Position numbers and translations under genes: made by a program. A DNA stretch of 51,577 bases from Octopus bimaculoides (Eukaryota): positions 2,393,764-2,445,340 of the forward strand of contig NC_069004.1 of NCBI RefSeq assembly GCF_001194135.2, given 5' to 3'. The notes under the pieces are model-generated. The model had not been told where the DNA came from, did not search any database, and worked only from the letters and a program-made list of their open reading frames with translations. This document shows, in pieces, positions 48,866 to 51,577 of the stretch (position 1 is the first letter of the stretch; each line of letters begins with the position of its first letter).

Positions 48866-50451
48866 TGTTACGACCTGATGGCCATAACCCGAATTTACAC
48901 AACCAACAATGGTGGGGTGAACCCAAAACAACAATACACCATGAAGTTTAAAAAAAAATATTATTAGCAATTAAGCGCCAGCATGCACAAACAACCTACA
49001 TACAAAACAAATATATACGAACAAAATAGATTAATGCTACACTAGACCTGCAGTCAAAATAGTTACAAAAGTAAAAATATATACAGTTTAGAAATTTGAA
49101 CTCAGAAACCCAACGCCACAAACTTGATATTACAAACTTGGATTCCTAAATCTAGTTTCACTGGATTTGGTTTTCGAAACTTGGATCTAAACGTGAATAA
49201 ATCTAATGTCAAAGCAACCATTTTAGCTAAAAGTTCATGATACAAAACGGCTGCCAGACAACATCCATAATTATAGTTAAAAAATAGTTAAACAAAAAAT
49301 CTAGTTTGCTTTAACTTCACACCAAACTACTTCATAGAAGCATGCTGAATAACCATTAGACAAAGTTTACAGTTTCGTTGTCTAATACAAAAAATTGGCT
49401 ACATAAAAATTAAGTTCATACACTCTCTAGCTATTTATACAAATTTTTAAACATTTATCAACAGAAAATAGCAAAATTACCACATAACCTGCCACAAATG
49501 TAGGTTTCAAAATTCACTTAAATATTACAATAACATAACTCAATAGATTTTTGTACTCACCCAGAAGTGACACAGAAATGATTTAAACGTGACAAGCAAA
49601 AGTTCTGCCGAATTCCTGGAGCATAAAATAAATCCATAAATGCCTAACAAAAAGTGTGCATAAACTAAGCAGGCAATCATAGCTTCCAGAATCCAATTGA
49701 TCAACCTTGTCTCACAGAAAAACGTTGACTGACGCAAAAAAAAAAAAAAAAATGGGTATTCTATTATCTCTGCTTATAAAGGTTGACTAAGGTCTAGCCA
49801 ATTTTTTTAGAGTTTCACAGTTTGGCTATTAACACCTAACTTCCCCCATTTTGATAATGGACTTCATTCTTACCTTACAGTGCAGCATGCAAGACTGTCT
49901 GTCTGTCTGTTTACCTGTTAACATTATACGATAAAACATCTTAAGGCGGCGAGCTGGCAGAAACGTTAGCACGCCGGGCGAAATGCTTAGCGGTATTTCG
50001 TCTGCCGTTACGTTCTGAGTTCAAATTCCGCCGAGGTCGACTTTGCCTTTCATCCTTTCGGGGTCGATAAATTAAGTACCTGTTACGCACTAGGGTCGAT
50101 GTAATCGACTCAATCCGTTCGTATGTCCTTGTTTGTTCCCTCTATGTTTAGCCCCTTGTGGGCAATAAAGAAATGAGAAACGTTGTTAGCACGCCGGGCG
50201 AAATGCTAAGCAGTATTTCGTCTGCCGTTACGATCTGAGTTCAAATTCCGCCGAGGCCGACTTTGCCTTTCATTCTTTCGGGGTCGATTAAATAAGTACC
50301 AGTTACGCACTGGGTCGATATAATCGACTTAATTCGTTTGTCTGTCCTTGTTTGCCCCCTCTGTGTGTAGCCCCTTGTGGATAGTAAGGAATTTATTATA
50401 CGATAAAATATCTTTATCGTTTTTATAATTTCCCAACATTCCTTTCCTCTT
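48866..50451 (-). mobile_element. Polypurine tract plus putative 3' LTR of the gypsy element, interrupted by a SINE dimer
   Basis: Minus strand AAGAGGAAAGGAA (50451-50439) is followed directly by TGTTGGG (from 50438), about 110 nt after the pol stop. The far end is tentatively ...CGTAACA (plus strand TGTTACG at 48866), giving TGTT...AACA termini. Left boundary uncertain. Confidence 0.55.
49943..50394 (+). mobile_element. Tandem dimer of a young tRNA-derived SINE (family A)
   Basis: GGCGGCGAGCTGGCAGAAACGTTAG (A-box-like) and GAGTTCAAATTCC (B box). A second copy restarts near 50187. Flanked by a 20-bp direct repeat ATTATACGATAAAA(C/T)ATCTT at 49923-49942 and 50395-50414. Confidence 0.85.
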
Positions 50452-50559
50452 AAAAGGGAAAAAATTTATACACAACAATTTTCAGAAAGTTACAATATCA
50501 TCCAGAAAATGCAGAAGTCAAATATGTACTTGTACATAAAATATAAAACATGGTAAGTG

Positions 50560-51170
50560 CTAACACCTGAATAGTGCATCTGAAAGTAAGTTAGCATTTC
50601 CTGCAATATGACAAATATTCAAACTAAATTGTTGCAGGTACAAGCTCCACCTCAGAATGCTCTGATTAGAGCCTTTCACCTTATTAATGAAAACTAAGGG
50701 AATGTGATTTGTGTAGACAGTGGTAGGATTCAAACCTATATAAATTTGAAAGTGCTGAACTGCCCACACAAGAACTAAATACTCTTTCTCAATGGTAGAG
50801 TAATTCTTCTGGCAAGAATTAAACTTCCTAGAAAAGTATATCACTGGACAATCTACTCCAGATTGGCATGCTTGTATCAAAATCGCGCCGGTCCCTACAC
50901 CGGACGCGTCAGTCATCAATGAAAACGGTTTCTCAAAATCAGGCACTTTTAAAACCGGGGAATTTTGTAAAACTGACTTAAGTTTCTCAAAAGCTGATTC
51001 ACACTCTGATGACCACTTCATGGTTTGGGTCTTTTTCAATAAATTTGTCAACGGTTCCGCAATAATAGAAACATTTTGCACAAACTTATGGTAAAAACCA
51101 ATCATTCCTCAAAATTGTTTGATCTGACGTTTCGTCGTGGGTCGTGGAAAATCTGATATGGCTTTTACTA
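50560..51170 (-). mobile_element. Ty3/gypsy pol fragment (RT connection plus RNase H), 5'-truncated and degenerate
   Basis: Translates VKAISDFPRPTTKRQIKQF*GMIGFYHKFV...PLTNLLKK...PDFEKPFSLMTDASGVGTGAIL...YFSRKF...NYSTIEKE...VYTNHIPL...LRWSLYLQ...SDALFRC*. One in-frame stop; the usual TDH motif reads TNH. Confidence 0.92.
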
Positions 51171-51577
51171 TTATTATTAGCCTTCTTCTTATATAAATAA
51201 GGAAAATAACACAAGATAGAAAATGCTAAAATAATTTTATCATGAAGAACATTTTAGTATCAATTTCAGTCTTCGCGACTTAGAATAAAGCATAAAAAAC
51301 AATTAAATTGTGGAAAAATTAAATGAAATGTTTTTTAAAAAATATTTCTATAGTTTTCAAATGCAAGGGACATTTTCTTTTTTTCCTGTCTGTCTCTGTC
51401 ACTCTTTTTTTACTCTTGTGAAGGCTTTTGATTGTTTAGTAGTAGCCGAGGAAGGAGGCGGCGAAGAAGGAGAAGAAGAAGATGGAATAGGAAGAGAAGA
51501 GAAAGAATAATAAAAATGCAGAAGTGGTATGACAGTAGTAGGATGTTGGTGGAATCCTCTTAAATGGTCAAGTGACC

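Overview
Eukaryotic genomic scaffold: AT-rich, microsatellite-dense, six N gaps. The SINE/RTE-tail repeats and a single-coding-exon sialin-like gene suggest a coleoid cephalopod, probably Octopus (inference, no search run). Three + strand genes were reconstructed by hand from GT-AG boundaries and frame continuity: TTC39C-like (12 exons, 7748-18640, N-terminus outside the window), a complete TTLL12 (14 exons, 25840-39684, 613 aa) and an SLC17/sialin-like transporter (45629-47092, 487 aa). The remainder is SINEs, LINE fragments (R4/Dong, CR1/L2, Tx1/L1), MITEs, a Helentron-type element, a tRNA-Glu pseudogene and gypsy remnants. Most short ORFs in the supplied track are microsatellite or repeat artefacts. 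No clearly new biological system is evident. Best leads: two minimal hammerhead-ribozyme motifs in TTC39C introns; an SLC17 lacking sialin's proton-coupling residues; a CRE-bearing inverted repeat at the TTLL12 start; a gypsy element whose pol ends at RNase H (Gmr1-like); an array of short hairpin repeats; and a 136-bp near-perfect palindrome.
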